Source: Vicinamibacterales bacterium
GTDB lineage: Bacteria; Acidobacteriota; Vicinamibacteria; Vicinamibacterales; UBA2999
Length of the DNA stretch: 64,000 nt
Assembly (NCBI GenBank): GCA_040081715.1
Contig: JBEBFY010000008.1
Coordinates: 9,420 to 73,419, forward strand
Direction of reading: 5' to 3'
Each line of letters begins with the position of its first letter. Within the stretch, counting starts at the first letter, position 1. The notes under the pieces are model-generated. The model had not been told where the DNA came from and ran no database searches. It saw nothing but the letters and a program-made list of their open reading frames with translations. Below are positions 45,883 through 55,139 of the stretch, in pieces. Position numbers and translations under genes: made by a program.

Positions 45883-46039
45883 GGGTTCGCCCGCGAATAG
45901 GGATGCCAGCTTGGGCGTCGAGGCGCCCGCCCGGCAAGGCGCGAGGAGCGCGCATACCGGGTGTATGCAAGCGAGGAGCAACGCCGCCCGGCGGGATGCA
46001 TCGGCGGCAAAGGCGGCGTCCTTATTCGCGGGCGAGCCC
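45883..46039. mobile_element. MITE-like element, 157 bp, with 25-bp terminal inverted repeats and TAA flanks
   Basis: GGGTTCGCCCGCGAATAGGGATGCC (45883-45907) matches the reverse complement of 46015-46039 (GGGCTCGCCCGCGAATAAGGACGCC) at 22 of 25 positions. TAA lies immediately on both sides; the left TAA is the vapC stop codon. Confidence 0.6.
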
Positions 46040-46051
46040 TAAGCCTCGCGA

Positions 46052-47149
46052 CTACCTGCCTCTGCGTTCGGCCGTGAGCAGCGTGTCCTTCCTGTGCAGG
46101 CCCCAGCGGTAGCCGGTCAGCGTCCCGTCCTTGCCGATCACTCGGTGGCAGGGCACGACGAGGCACACCGGGTTGGTGGCGCAGGCCCTGGCGACGGCGC
46201 GCACTGCGGTGGGGCGCTTGATGCCTTTCGCCACCTCGCCGTAGGTGCGGGTCTGCCCGAGGGGAATCGACTGCAGGAACCGCCACACCTGCCACTGGAA
46301 GGCCGTGGCGCGTACATCCAGCGGGAGTTCGGCATCGGGTACACGGCCCTCGGTGTACTCCCGCAGCGCGCGGACCCAGGGGGCAAGTCCGCGGGCACGC
46401 TCGTCGAGCGTGGCCGCCGGGAACTCGGCGCGCAGCTCGGCGATGAGCGGCGCGTCGGCGTCGCCCAGCTTGACCGCGCAGACACCGGCGTCCGTGCCGG
46501 CCACGAGCAGCCGTCCCAACGCCGAATCCACAAGGCAGTAGCGCACGACCAGCCCCTTGCCACCAGCCCGATACGAACCAGGCGTGACGCTGCCCGTCGG
46601 CTTCCGTTCGTAGACGCGGCTGGATGACCCGTAGCCGGCCTCATACACCGCCCCGGCCAGCGGGAGCGTGCCCTCGCGAAGTCCGGCCCTGAAACGGGCC
46701 GCGCGGACCGCCTCGAGATAGGCACGAGGCGACAGACCCACAACCCGGGCAAAGGTCCGTTGCAGGTGGAAGCGACTACTCCCGGTGTGCGCCGCCACGC
46801 GCGCGAGGTCCACGGGCTCGTCGGCATGGGACGCGATGAAGGCACACACCTGGCGGGCCAGGGCCACACCAGGATCAGCCGACCGGCCGTGCTGGGGATG
46901 GCAGCGCTTGCAGGCTCTGAAGCCGTGCGCCTCGGCAGCTTCCGGCGACGGATGGAACGCGACGGACGCCCTGAGGGGGCGGCGGCTTGGGCAGACGGGC
47001 CGGCAATAGATGCCCGTGGTCCTGACGGCGTACACGAACTCGCCGTCGTGTGAGCGGTCGCGGTCGACGACGGCGCGCCAGCGGATGTCGTCGAGGGACG
47101 GGCGCGGACGAGCGGGAGTGCGGGGAGACGCCATGTCGGTGGTCAGCAT
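46052..47149 (-). CDS. ada: Bifunctional Ada-type regulator / methylated-DNA-protein-cysteine methyltransferase
   Basis: N-terminal Ada zinc site (YCRPVCPSRRP...FRACKRCHP), an AraC HTH (HLQRTFARVVGLSPRAY), and a C-terminal MGMT domain with PCHRVIG. Confidence 0.9.
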   Translation of the reverse strand: MLTTDMASPRTPARPRPSLDDIRWRAVVDRDRSHDGEFVYAVRTTGIYCRPVCPSRRPLRASVAFHPSPEAAEAHGFRACKRCHPQHGRSADPGVALARQVCAFIASHADEPVDLARVAAHTGSSRFHLQRTFARVVGLSPRAYLEAVRAARFRAGLREGTLPLAGAVYEAGYGSSSRVYERKPTGSVTPGSYRAGGKGLVVRYCLVDSALGRLLVAGTDAGVCAVKLGDADAPLIAELRAEFPAATLDERARGLAPWVRALREYTEGRVPDAELPLDVRATAFQWQVWRFLQSIPLGQTRTYGEVAKGIKRPTAVRAVARACATNPVCLVVPCHRVIGKDGTLTGYRWGLHRKDTLLTAERRGR

Positions 47150-47212
47150 GGCCGCAGCGTAGCGGCCTCGGGCGCCACCACTCTATCCGGGTCTTGCGGT
47201 CAAATAGAGGCC

Positions 47213-49702
47213 GTGCAGCGCGGCGCGAAGATCGGGACGTCGGTCGCCCTCACGATCCTCGGGATCCTGCTGGTCGCGGGCCTGTGGGCCGGCGTCACCC
47301 TGCGCGCCAGCCTGCCCCAGCTCGACGGTCAGGTCCGGCTGACGGGTCTCTCGGCGCCAGTACGCGTCGAGCGCGACGCGCTCGGCATCCCCACGATCCG
47401 CGGTGCCAGCCGCGCGGATGTGGCCACTGCCACAGGGTTCCTCCACGCGCAGGACCGCTACTTTCAGATGGACCTCGCCCGCCGGCGCGCGGCCGGAGAG
47501 CTGGCTGAACTGGTCGGCGCCGCTGCTGTGGACACCGACAGGGCGATCCGGATTCATCGCCTGTCGTCAGTGGCCGCAGATGTCCTGATGCATCTCTCGC
47601 CCGCCGACCACGCGGTGCTCACGGCGTACGTCGCCGGGGTCAATGCCGGCCTCTCGGCGCTTGGTTCCCGCCCTCCCGAGTACCTCCTGCTCGGGCAGCC
47701 GCCTCGCCCCTGGACGGAGCAGGACTCCATACTCGTGATCCTCTCGATGTTCGTGGCGCAGCAGGACAGCGCGGGCGTCTACGAATCCATGCTCGCCGTC
47801 ATGCAGGACGTGCTGCCTGAGGCGATGGTGGCGTTCCTGTCGCCCCGGGGCACCGAGTGGGACAGCCCTGTGGTTGGCGGCGCGTTCCTGATGCCGCCCT
47901 CGCCAGGCCCCGAGGTGTACAACCCGCGTGAGCGCCGGAAGGGCCTCCCGCCGGGCACGGCGGCGGTCCTGCCCAGGCTTCCGGCAAGAACACCCTCCAA
48001 CTGGGCCGAGGCCGCGGGGCTTCGCGTGGCACTCGACGACCCGTGGGATGTGGCCACCGGCAGCAACAACTTCGCGGTCTCAGGCGCACACACCAGTCAC
48101 GGCGGGGCGCTTCTTGCCAACGACATGCACTTTCCCATCCGCGTGCCGAATACCTGGTACCGCGCCGCGTTCGAGTGGCCAGAGGGCAGCGCCGGCTTGA
48201 ACAGCGCCAGCTTGAGCAGCGCCGGCGGCACACACCGGCTCGACGGCGTGACGCTGCCGGGCGTGCCCACGATGGTGGCCGGCAGTAACTCCCACATTGC
48301 GTGGGGCTTCACCTCCACGTACGGCGACTTCAGTGACATCGTGCTCGTCGAGCGCGACGCCGCCGATCCCTCCCGCTACAAGACCCCAGGCGGCCTTCGT
48401 GCCTTTGAGCGCCACGACGAGGTCATCCGCACGGCAGGCGGCACAGACGAACACCTGACCGTCGAGTGGACGATCTGGGGCCCGCTCCTCGCGCCCGACC
48501 ACAAGGGCCGCACGCGCGCCATCCGCTGGGTGGCGCACGATGCGGCCACAGTCGCCGCGGCGCTCCTGCCGATGGAGACAGCCCGGACACTCGGCGAAGG
48601 GCTGGCCAGCGCCGGCGCAGCCGGAGCCCCCGCCTTCAACCAGATCATCGCAAGCCGCGACGGCCGGATTGCGTGGACTGTGTATGGCAGCATGCCGCGC
48701 CGCAACGGTCTCGACGGGCGGAGGCCGTCGTCCTGGGCGGATGGGTCCCGTGGCTGGCATGGCCACCTGACCGCGGACGAGCACCCGCGCGTGGTGGATC
48801 CAGTTGATGGCCGCCTGTGGACTGCCAATGCCCGCGTCGTGGACGGCGCCATGCTCGAGTTGATTGGGGATGGCAGCTATGAAATCGGCTCACGCGCCCG
48901 GATCATCCGCGACCGGCTGCGCGCGAAGGAACGCTTCGAGCCAGCCGACCTGCTGGCCATTCAACTCGACGACTCTGCCCTGTTCCTGGAACGCTGGCGG
49001 GCACTCCTCGTCCGAACGCTCGCGTTACCGGCAGCGCTCGGCTCGGCACAACGCGCCACGCTCCGGGGCATCGTTGAGCGCGACTGGCAGAGTCGCGCCT
49101 TGCCAGGCTCCGCTGGGTACCGGTTCACGCGGGCGTTCCGCGACACGGTGTCGCGCCGGGCGTTCGCGTTTCTCCTGGCCGACTGCCGGGAGGCGGATGC
49201 GCGCTGCGACTACACGCTTGAGCGCAAGCGCGAGGGTCCGCTCTGGGCGCTGGTCACCGAACGGCCGCTGCACTTCCTGGATCCGGCCTACCCCTCATGG
49301 GACGCATTCCTGATCGCTGCCGTGGACGCCATGATCAAGGACACGGAGCAGACGTTCGGCGCGGACCTTTCAAAGCGCACGTGGAGCGAGGTCAACCGGA
49401 CGCGGTACCGGCACCCGCTCAGCGCAGCCGTGCCGCTGCTCGGACGGTGGCTCGACATGCCGGAGGCTGCTGTGCCCGGTGACCTCTACACCCCACGGAT
49501 GGCCTACGGAGCGGACTCCGCCTCTGAGCGGTTCGTCGTCTCGCCGGGGCGTGAAGCCGAAGGCATCATGCACATGCCCACGGGCCAGAGCGGCCACCCG
49601 TTCTCGCCACACTACGGGGACAGCCATCCTGCCTGGGTGAAGGGCGACCCCACGCCGTTCCTGCCGGGGCCGGCCGTGCACTCTCTGATCCTGAATCCCT
49701 GA
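47213..49702 (+). CDS. Penicillin acylase family Ntn-hydrolase (possible acyl-homoserine-lactone acylase)
   Basis: 829 aa with a signal-anchor and the family layout. A candidate nucleophile context GSNNFAVSG lies at the alpha/beta junction. Confidence 0.8.
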   Translation: MQRGAKIGTSVALTILGILLVAGLWAGVTLRASLPQLDGQVRLTGLSAPVRVERDALGIPTIRGASRADVATATGFLHAQDRYFQMDLARRRAAGELAELVGAAAVDTDRAIRIHRLSSVAADVLMHLSPADHAVLTAYVAGVNAGLSALGSRPPEYLLLGQPPRPWTEQDSILVILSMFVAQQDSAGVYESMLAVMQDVLPEAMVAFLSPRGTEWDSPVVGGAFLMPPSPGPEVYNPRERRKGLPPGTAAVLPRLPARTPSNWAEAAGLRVALDDPWDVATGSNNFAVSGAHTSHGGALLANDMHFPIRVPNTWYRAAFEWPEGSAGLNSASLSSAGGTHRLDGVTLPGVPTMVAGSNSHIAWGFTSTYGDFSDIVLVERDAADPSRYKTPGGLRAFERHDEVIRTAGGTDEHLTVEWTIWGPLLAPDHKGRTRAIRWVAHDAATVAAALLPMETARTLGEGLASAGAAGAPAFNQIIASRDGRIAWTVYGSMPRRNGLDGRRPSSWADGSRGWHGHLTADEHPRVVDPVDGRLWTANARVVDGAMLELIGDGSYEIGSRARIIRDRLRAKERFEPADLLAIQLDDSALFLERWRALLVRTLALPAALGSAQRATLRGIVERDWQSRALPGSAGYRFTRAFRDTVSRRAFAFLLADCREADARCDYTLERKREGPLWALVTERPLHFLDPAYPSWDAFLIAAVDAMIKDTEQTFGADLSKRTWSEVNRTRYRHPLSAAVPLLGRWLDMPEAAVPGDLYTPRMAYGADSASERFVVSPGREAEGIMHMPTGQSGHPFSPHYGDSHPAWVKGDPTPFLPGPAVHSLILNP

Positions 49703-49841
49703 GCGCTGAGATTCCGGCACTGTGCGCGGCAGTCCGGCCACCGACCTGCATGGGAAGACAAGTGGGAGGGATTCGGATATCGCCTGCCGACGTTCCGGCT
49801 GCACACAGGTCGGGATAAGCTCATGTCGGGCGGTGAAAGCT

Positions 49842-50774
49842 ATGGACAATTGGCCTGTGATCCCTGTCTGGCACGGCGTCGACGGCAGGTCTCATCTTTT
49901 CCATGGCGACTCGTTGGCCCTCATGGAGCAACTGCCGGCGGACAGCATTGACTGCATCTGGACCGACCCGCCGTACCTGTTATCCAACGATGGCATCACC
50001 TGCGTCGCGGGCAAGATGGTCAAGGTCAACAAGGGCGAATGGGACCGGAGCCGCGGCATTGATCTCGACCACGAATTCAATCGGACCTGGCTTGCGGCCT
50101 GCCACCGGATCCTGAAGCCGTCCGGTACGATTTGGATCAGCGGCACGCTGCACGTCTATCTCAGCGTCGGCATGGCTCTCCAGCAACTGGGCTTCCGCAT
50201 CCTCAATGACATCATCTGGGAAAAACCTGCGCCTCCTCCGAATCTGGGCTGCCGTTGCTTTACGCACTCGACGGAAGTTCTTCTCTGGGCAACGAAAGCG
50301 ACAAAGGGCGGGAAGGACCGTCACACATTCAACTACGACGCAATGAAGACGGAAAATGACGGGAAGCAGATGAAGAACGTGTGGCGATTTCACACTCCGT
50401 CGATGGAGGAGAAGCAGCACGGCAAGCATCCGACCCAGAAACCGACCGCACTCATCGCCCGTTGCCTTCGAGCCACAACAGATCCCGGCGATCTTGTTTT
50501 CGACCCGTTTGCCGGATCAGGATCGACGGGCGTGGCCGCGCTCACGTTGGGGCGTCACTTCGTCGGTTGCGAGCAGGACAAGGTCTATGCGCAGCTCGCA
50601 GCGAAACGCCTGGCCGATGTCGCTGGCAGTGAACGCGACACCGACACAGGCGATCCGCCGTCACCGAACGACCAGAAGCCGCACGGACTGCTCGCGAAGC
50701 CCAGACACAGAAAACCCCGCGTAGCCCACAGGGGCCACGCGGGGTTCATGAAGCCGGGCCAGGTGGCCCGTTGA
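49842..50774 (+). CDS. Beta-class DNA methyltransferase (N6_N4_Mtase family, DPPY type; probably N6-adenine)
   Basis: ATG at 49842. Motif IV (IWTDPPY) near the N-terminus and motif I (VFDPFAGSGSTGVAA) near the C-terminus give the beta permutation. HPTQKP is present. No restriction gene is adjacent. Confidence 0.85.
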   Translation: MDNWPVIPVWHGVDGRSHLFHGDSLALMEQLPADSIDCIWTDPPYLLSNDGITCVAGKMVKVNKGEWDRSRGIDLDHEFNRTWLAACHRILKPSGTIWISGTLHVYLSVGMALQQLGFRILNDIIWEKPAPPPNLGCRCFTHSTEVLLWATKATKGGKDRHTFNYDAMKTENDGKQMKNVWRFHTPSMEEKQHGKHPTQKPTALIARCLRATTDPGDLVFDPFAGSGSTGVAALTLGRHFVGCEQDKVYAQLAAKRLADVAGSERDTDTGDPPSPNDQKPHGLLAKPRHRKPRVAHRGHAGFMKPGQVAR

Positions 50775-50781
50775 CGCCTGT

Positions 50782-51984
50782 CTACCTCCGGGCCGGCGCG
50801 GTCTGGAGCAGGAAGCGCTGCACGCGCTTGCCCTCCCAGGCCTCGCCCACGTAGATGTTGCCCTGCTGATCGGTCGCGATGCTATAGGCCTCGGTGAACC
50901 CGCCGCCCGCATGGCTGCCGAAGCCGAACGAGCCGAGCGTCTCCATGGACTGACGATCGAGGACCCAGACCTTCTCGTTCATGCCGTCAGCAACATAGGC
51001 GTACTTCTGTTCCACGTCTCGCGAGAATGCGATGCCGTAGGTCGAGCCCCCCTTGGTGCCAGGCGCCACGACGCCCTGCTTCAAGAACGTGCCATCCGCC
51101 TTGAACACCTGGATGCGGTTGTTCGCCTTGTCGCAGACATAGAGCAGTTTGTCGTCGCTCTGGTTGATGCAGTGCACGTTGCCGAACTGCGGGCTGGCCG
51201 GGTCGGGTGAGTCCACCTTTGTCGGGGCCGAGTCATCCGGCGTCTTGCCGAACGCGCCCCAGTGGCGCTTGTAGGCGCCGGTCGTGGCGTCGATCACGAG
51301 GACGCGTCGGTTGTGGAGGCCATCGGCGATATAGGCCTCGTTGGCCTTCACGTCCACCACCACGCCTGCAGCGCCGCGCGCGTTCATCTTGTCGCTGCTG
51401 TCGGCCTTGCCCTGCTTGGTCTTGCCGAACTGCATGATCTTGCGGCCGAACCGGCTCAGCTTCAGCAGCTGGCCGTCGCCGTGGCCATCGGCGCCGAGCC
51501 ACACGTTGTCCTGCGCGTCGATGAAGATGCCGCGCTCACCGAACGGGGCACCGCCAAGCGCACCGTCCACGCCCTTCGGCGCCGGCGTCGGCCAGTCGAA
51601 CCCCTCGGTCGCGCCGCCGTAGCCCTGGACCCAGTTGCCCTGCTGGTCGAACTCGATGACCGGCGGCGCCGGGCGGCAGCAGCCCGCCACCGCGCCCTTC
51701 ATGCCGCCGTAGCTGCCGTCGACCGCTTCACGCTCGGAATCCTTCAACGTGCCCGGACGCTGCACGATCCAGATGTGATTGCGGGTGTCGACAGCCACGC
51801 CGACTACCTGCCCGATCTTCCAGTTGTTCGGAAAGGGCTTCGGGAACGTCTTGTCGTACTTGAACTGCGGCACGGCCGCCTTGACGGCCGGCTTCGCCTG
51901 CTCGGCCGAAAGCGGGCCGAGCGGAGCCACGGCCGCGAACGTCAGCGCCAGGGCGCCGAGGGAAATGACGCGTGAGAGCTTCAT
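50782..51984 (-). CDS. Exported NHL-repeat six-bladed beta-propeller protein, paralogue 1
   Basis: Signal peptide and repeated ...YV.D..N.R...F motifs. It is clearly homologous along its length to the adjacent 400-aa gene. Confidence 0.7.
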   Translation of the reverse strand: MKLSRVISLGALALTFAAVAPLGPLSAEQAKPAVKAAVPQFKYDKTFPKPFPNNWKIGQVVGVAVDTRNHIWIVQRPGTLKDSEREAVDGSYGGMKGAVAGCCRPAPPVIEFDQQGNWVQGYGGATEGFDWPTPAPKGVDGALGGAPFGERGIFIDAQDNVWLGADGHGDGQLLKLSRFGRKIMQFGKTKQGKADSSDKMNARGAAGVVVDVKANEAYIADGLHNRRVLVIDATTGAYKRHWGAFGKTPDDSAPTKVDSPDPASPQFGNVHCINQSDDKLLYVCDKANNRIQVFKADGTFLKQGVVAPGTKGGSTYGIAFSRDVEQKYAYVADGMNEKVWVLDRQSMETLGSFGFGSHAGGGFTEAYSIATDQQGNIYVGEAWEGKRVQRFLLQTAPARR

Positions 51985-53183
51985 GACTGTGGCCTTAGTC
52001 CCTTATAGAGGAAGCGCTGCACGCGCTTGCCTTCCCAGGTTTCACCGATGTAGATGTTGCCGCGCTGGTCGGTGGCAATGCTGTGCGGCGTGGTCATGCA
52101 GCCGCCGGCGTGGCCGCCGCAGCCGAACGAACCGAGGATCTCCAGCGTCTTGCGCTCGAGGATCCACACCTTCTCGTCACGGCCGTCGGGAATGTAGAGG
52201 TACTTCTGCTCGGGCTTGGCCGACAGCGCCACGCCGAACACGGTGCCGCTCATCGAGTGTGGCTCGATGAACCGCTCGCCGACATAGGTGCCGTCCACCT
52301 TGAAGTCCTGCACGCGGCTGTTGTTGCGGTCCGCGAGGTAGACGTGCCCGTCCTCACTGACCGCGATGCCGTGCGGCGTGGAGAACTGCTGGTTGGGCTT
52401 GTTCGGATCGTAGGGCGGCGTCTTGGTGCTGTCGTCCGGCTTCTTGCCGTAGGCGCCCCAGTGGCGCTTGTAAGCGCCGGTCTTGGCGTCTACCACGAGC
52501 ACACGGCGGTTGCCGTAGCCGTCGGAGACGTAGGCCTCGCCCTTCAAGATCTGGACGCCGGTCGCGCGACCCATGTCCTGCGGATGGTTGCTCGTCGGCC
52601 CCTTGAGGCCGGTGTGACCGACCTGCAGGAGGAACTTGCCGTCCCGGGTGAACTTCAGCATCTGGCCGTCGCCGTTTCCCGTGGCCGTGATCCAGACGCT
52701 GTGATCGCTGTCGTCGACGGCGACGCTGTGCATGCCGCTGGGGCTGCCGCCGCCGGTCGGGTCCTTGCTCTGCTCGCCCGGTGTCGGCCAGTCGTACTTG
52801 CCGTCCTTGCTCGCCCCGCCCCATCCCTGGATGTAGTTGCCGGCGTAGTCGAACTCGATGATGTAGGGCCCCTTGACGCAGCACTCGCCGCGGCCGCGCT
52901 CCACCTCGAGCTCATCCGGCCGCAACGTTTCGGCGCGGTGGGCGATCCAGACGTGCTCCTTCTTGTCGACCGCCACGCCGACCACCGTGCCCGTGTTCCA
53001 CTTGTTGGGCAGCGGCATCTTCGGGAACGTCTCATCCCACTCGAAATACGGGACCATCTTCACGCCCGGCCGTGCGGGGGCGTCTGCCGCACCCGCCCGG
53101 GCACCCAGCGTCTGATAGCCCGCCAGCCCGGCCACCGCGGCTACCGCAGCCACCAATCCTGCTCGCTTCAATGTCATAACCAC
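51981..53183 (-). CDS. Exported NHL-repeat six-bladed beta-propeller protein, paralogue 2
   Basis: Same length and motif order as paralogue 1 (e.g. GAYKRHWGA.GK.PDDS, IATDQ.GNIY.GE.WEGKRVQRFL). AAGGGAG precedes the ATG at 53183. Confidence 0.7.
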   Translation of the reverse strand: MVMTLKRAGLVAAVAAVAGLAGYQTLGARAGAADAPARPGVKMVPYFEWDETFPKMPLPNKWNTGTVVGVAVDKKEHVWIAHRAETLRPDELEVERGRGECCVKGPYIIEFDYAGNYIQGWGGASKDGKYDWPTPGEQSKDPTGGGSPSGMHSVAVDDSDHSVWITATGNGDGQMLKFTRDGKFLLQVGHTGLKGPTSNHPQDMGRATGVQILKGEAYVSDGYGNRRVLVVDAKTGAYKRHWGAYGKKPDDSTKTPPYDPNKPNQQFSTPHGIAVSEDGHVYLADRNNSRVQDFKVDGTYVGERFIEPHSMSGTVFGVALSAKPEQKYLYIPDGRDEKVWILERKTLEILGSFGCGGHAGGCMTTPHSIATDQRGNIYIGETWEGKRVQRFLYKGLRPQS

Positions 53184-53438
53184 GTCTCCCTTGTTCTCAT
53201 CCGCCCCCAGTTACCGAGGGGCAGCGGCCAATCATACGCGGAGTCCGGTGCCTGGCGGCAGGTCCCGCATGCTGCAAGTTGTCGCCTGGCGGCGGAGCCG
53301 CAGGCTGGTGCCCTACCGGCCGTCGGGCGCGGCGGTCGTGCCGAATTGCTCGCGCAGCTTCCGGTCCAGCTTCGGCATCAGTTCTCGCAGGCGGCGTCCA
53401 GTTCCTCACTGATGTCGAAGAGGGCCTTGGTGTCCGCG

Positions 53439-55139
53439 CTACTTCGTGCTGAGGGTGATCTGGTGTTCGTCGAGGATGCGGCCGGTGGCGCGGTTGAGCT
53501 GCGCAAGGCCCTTGCTCAGGTCCGCCTCGGCACGGGCGCGCTGGCTCCGCGTGTTGATGAGCGCCGACTGGCGCTGGAGCACAAAGAACACGGTCGAGGT
53601 GCCCGCCTCGAACTTCCGCTGCTCGCTGGCGTACTGCTGGTCGGCCAGCCTCGTCGCGTCGGTGGCCGCCTCGAGCGTGGCGCGGGCCGACACCACCGCC
53701 TGCATCGCGTTCCGGACATCGGCGGCCACGGCGTTCTCCACCTGGCGGCGCTGCAGTTCGATGCGCCTGGCTTCCACGAGCGACGACGCCAGGTTGGCCT
53801 CGGCCGTCCGGTCGTGGAACGGCAGCGAGATCCGCACCCCGACCTCCACTGACGGGAAGTCCTGCCTGAACAGGTTGGTGAAGGACTGGCCGACGCCGCC
53901 GATGAGCTTCGCCGGCACGCCAGAGTCGCCGCCACCTGAGACCACGATCGGCGGAAGGCCCTGTGCGTTCGACAGCGTGTTGATCCGCTCGAACAGCGGG
54001 CCGAAGCTGGACGTGAGCGGGTTACCCGTCTGGCTCACGAAGGTCCGCCCCGCCAGACCCGCGCCGGTGTAGGTGCCCACCAGATCCACCTGGGGCCGGG
54101 TCTGATCCCGGAAGAAGTCCGTGTTCGTCCTGTTGGTCGCGGACGAAATCGAGAGCTGCTGCAGCTCGGGCCGGCTGCCGAGCGCGGCCTTGACCGCTAT
54201 GTCCAGCGCCATTTCCGCGGCTGGTGCCTTCGGAGACGTGGTGGGCGCCAGCGCGGCGGACCAGATGCCCGCGGAGGGGTCTGGCGCCACCAGCACCTTC
54301 AACGCGTTCTCGACGCGCGTCAGCGTGGTCTGCGCCGCAAACACGTTCTGGCGGAGGTTCGCCCGCTGCGTCTCGGCTTCGACCACGTCGATGGGCGCCG
54401 CAACGCCCTGATCCACCATGCGGCGGTTGGCATCGACGAGCCGATTGTTGAGGTCGAGCCCGGAGCTGAGGACGGACAGGTTCTCCCTGGCGAACACCAG
54501 ATCCCAGTAGGCCTGCTCGACCTGCAGCGCCACGTCCATCACGCGCTGCCTGAACTGCGCCTCGGTCAGCTCCTGATTGCGCTTCGCGACTTCCACCTGG
54601 CGCCGGGCCGCGTCCACGCGGCGGCCCCGGAAAAGCGGCTGCGTAATGGACAACCCCAGAGACGACGGGAACTGCGGGTTCAGTTGTGTAAACGAGTTGT
54701 CGGTGGTCTGCCGTCGCGCGGTGAACGACGCCTGATAGCTGGTGCCGAAGATGGGTGACAGACCGCTCACGCGAGGCGTGACGAGCAGATCGTTGTTCGT
54801 CAGCGCGCCGCTGGCGGTCCCCCCGATGATCGACGCTACCGGCGTCACCTGCCGTATCAGCGAGGACTGCAGACTGAACTGCGGATCGAAGGCGCCCAGG
54901 GCGCCGCCCACGCCGAACGTGGCCTGCTCGATCGTGGTCCGGGCCACGGCGATATCAGGGTTGTTCGCCAGCGCCTCGCTGAGGGCCTCGGCCAGCGACA
55001 GATCCCGCTGACCGATGACGCCCACGCGAATCGGCAGCGGCGCGGAAGGAGCCGAGGCTGGCGTCTGCGCGGACGCCGCGCCGGCCAGGCACACGAGGAC
55101 ACACGCCACAAGAGGCGTCAGGCGCACGTTATTCAGCAT
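53439..55139 (-). CDS. TolC family outer-membrane efflux protein
   Basis: 566 aa with a signal peptide and the two OEP repeats (LSLAEALSEALANNPDIAVAR...). Confidence 0.85.
   Translation of the reverse strand: MLNNVRLTPLVACVLVCLAGAASAQTPASAPSAPLPIRVGVIGQRDLSLAEALSEALANNPDIAVARTTIEQATFGVGGALGAFDPQFSLQSSLIRQVTPVASIIGGTASGALTNNDLLVTPRVSGLSPIFGTSYQASFTARRQTTDNSFTQLNPQFPSSLGLSITQPLFRGRRVDAARRQVEVAKRNQELTEAQFRQRVMDVALQVEQAYWDLVFARENLSVLSSGLDLNNRLVDANRRMVDQGVAAPIDVVEAETQRANLRQNVFAAQTTLTRVENALKVLVAPDPSAGIWSAALAPTTSPKAPAAEMALDIAVKAALGSRPELQQLSISSATNRTNTDFFRDQTRPQVDLVGTYTGAGLAGRTFVSQTGNPLTSSFGPLFERINTLSNAQGLPPIVVSGGGDSGVPAKLIGGVGQSFTNLFRQDFPSVEVGVRISLPFHDRTAEANLASSLVEARRIELQRRQVENAVAADVRNAMQAVVSARATLEAATDATRLADQQYASEQRKFEAGTSTVFFVLQRQSALINTRSQRARAEADLSKGLAQLNRATGRILDEHQITLSTK

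Noticed and set aside
53184-53438. A possible gene remnant or small ORF in the 255-nt gap upstream of NHL paralogue 2 (e.g. minus-strand MPKLDRKLREQFGTTAAPDGR).
   Set aside because: No recognisable family, no ribosome-binding site, and too short to evaluate. It most simply represents the promoter/5' UTR of the NHL operon plus the TolC 3' region.
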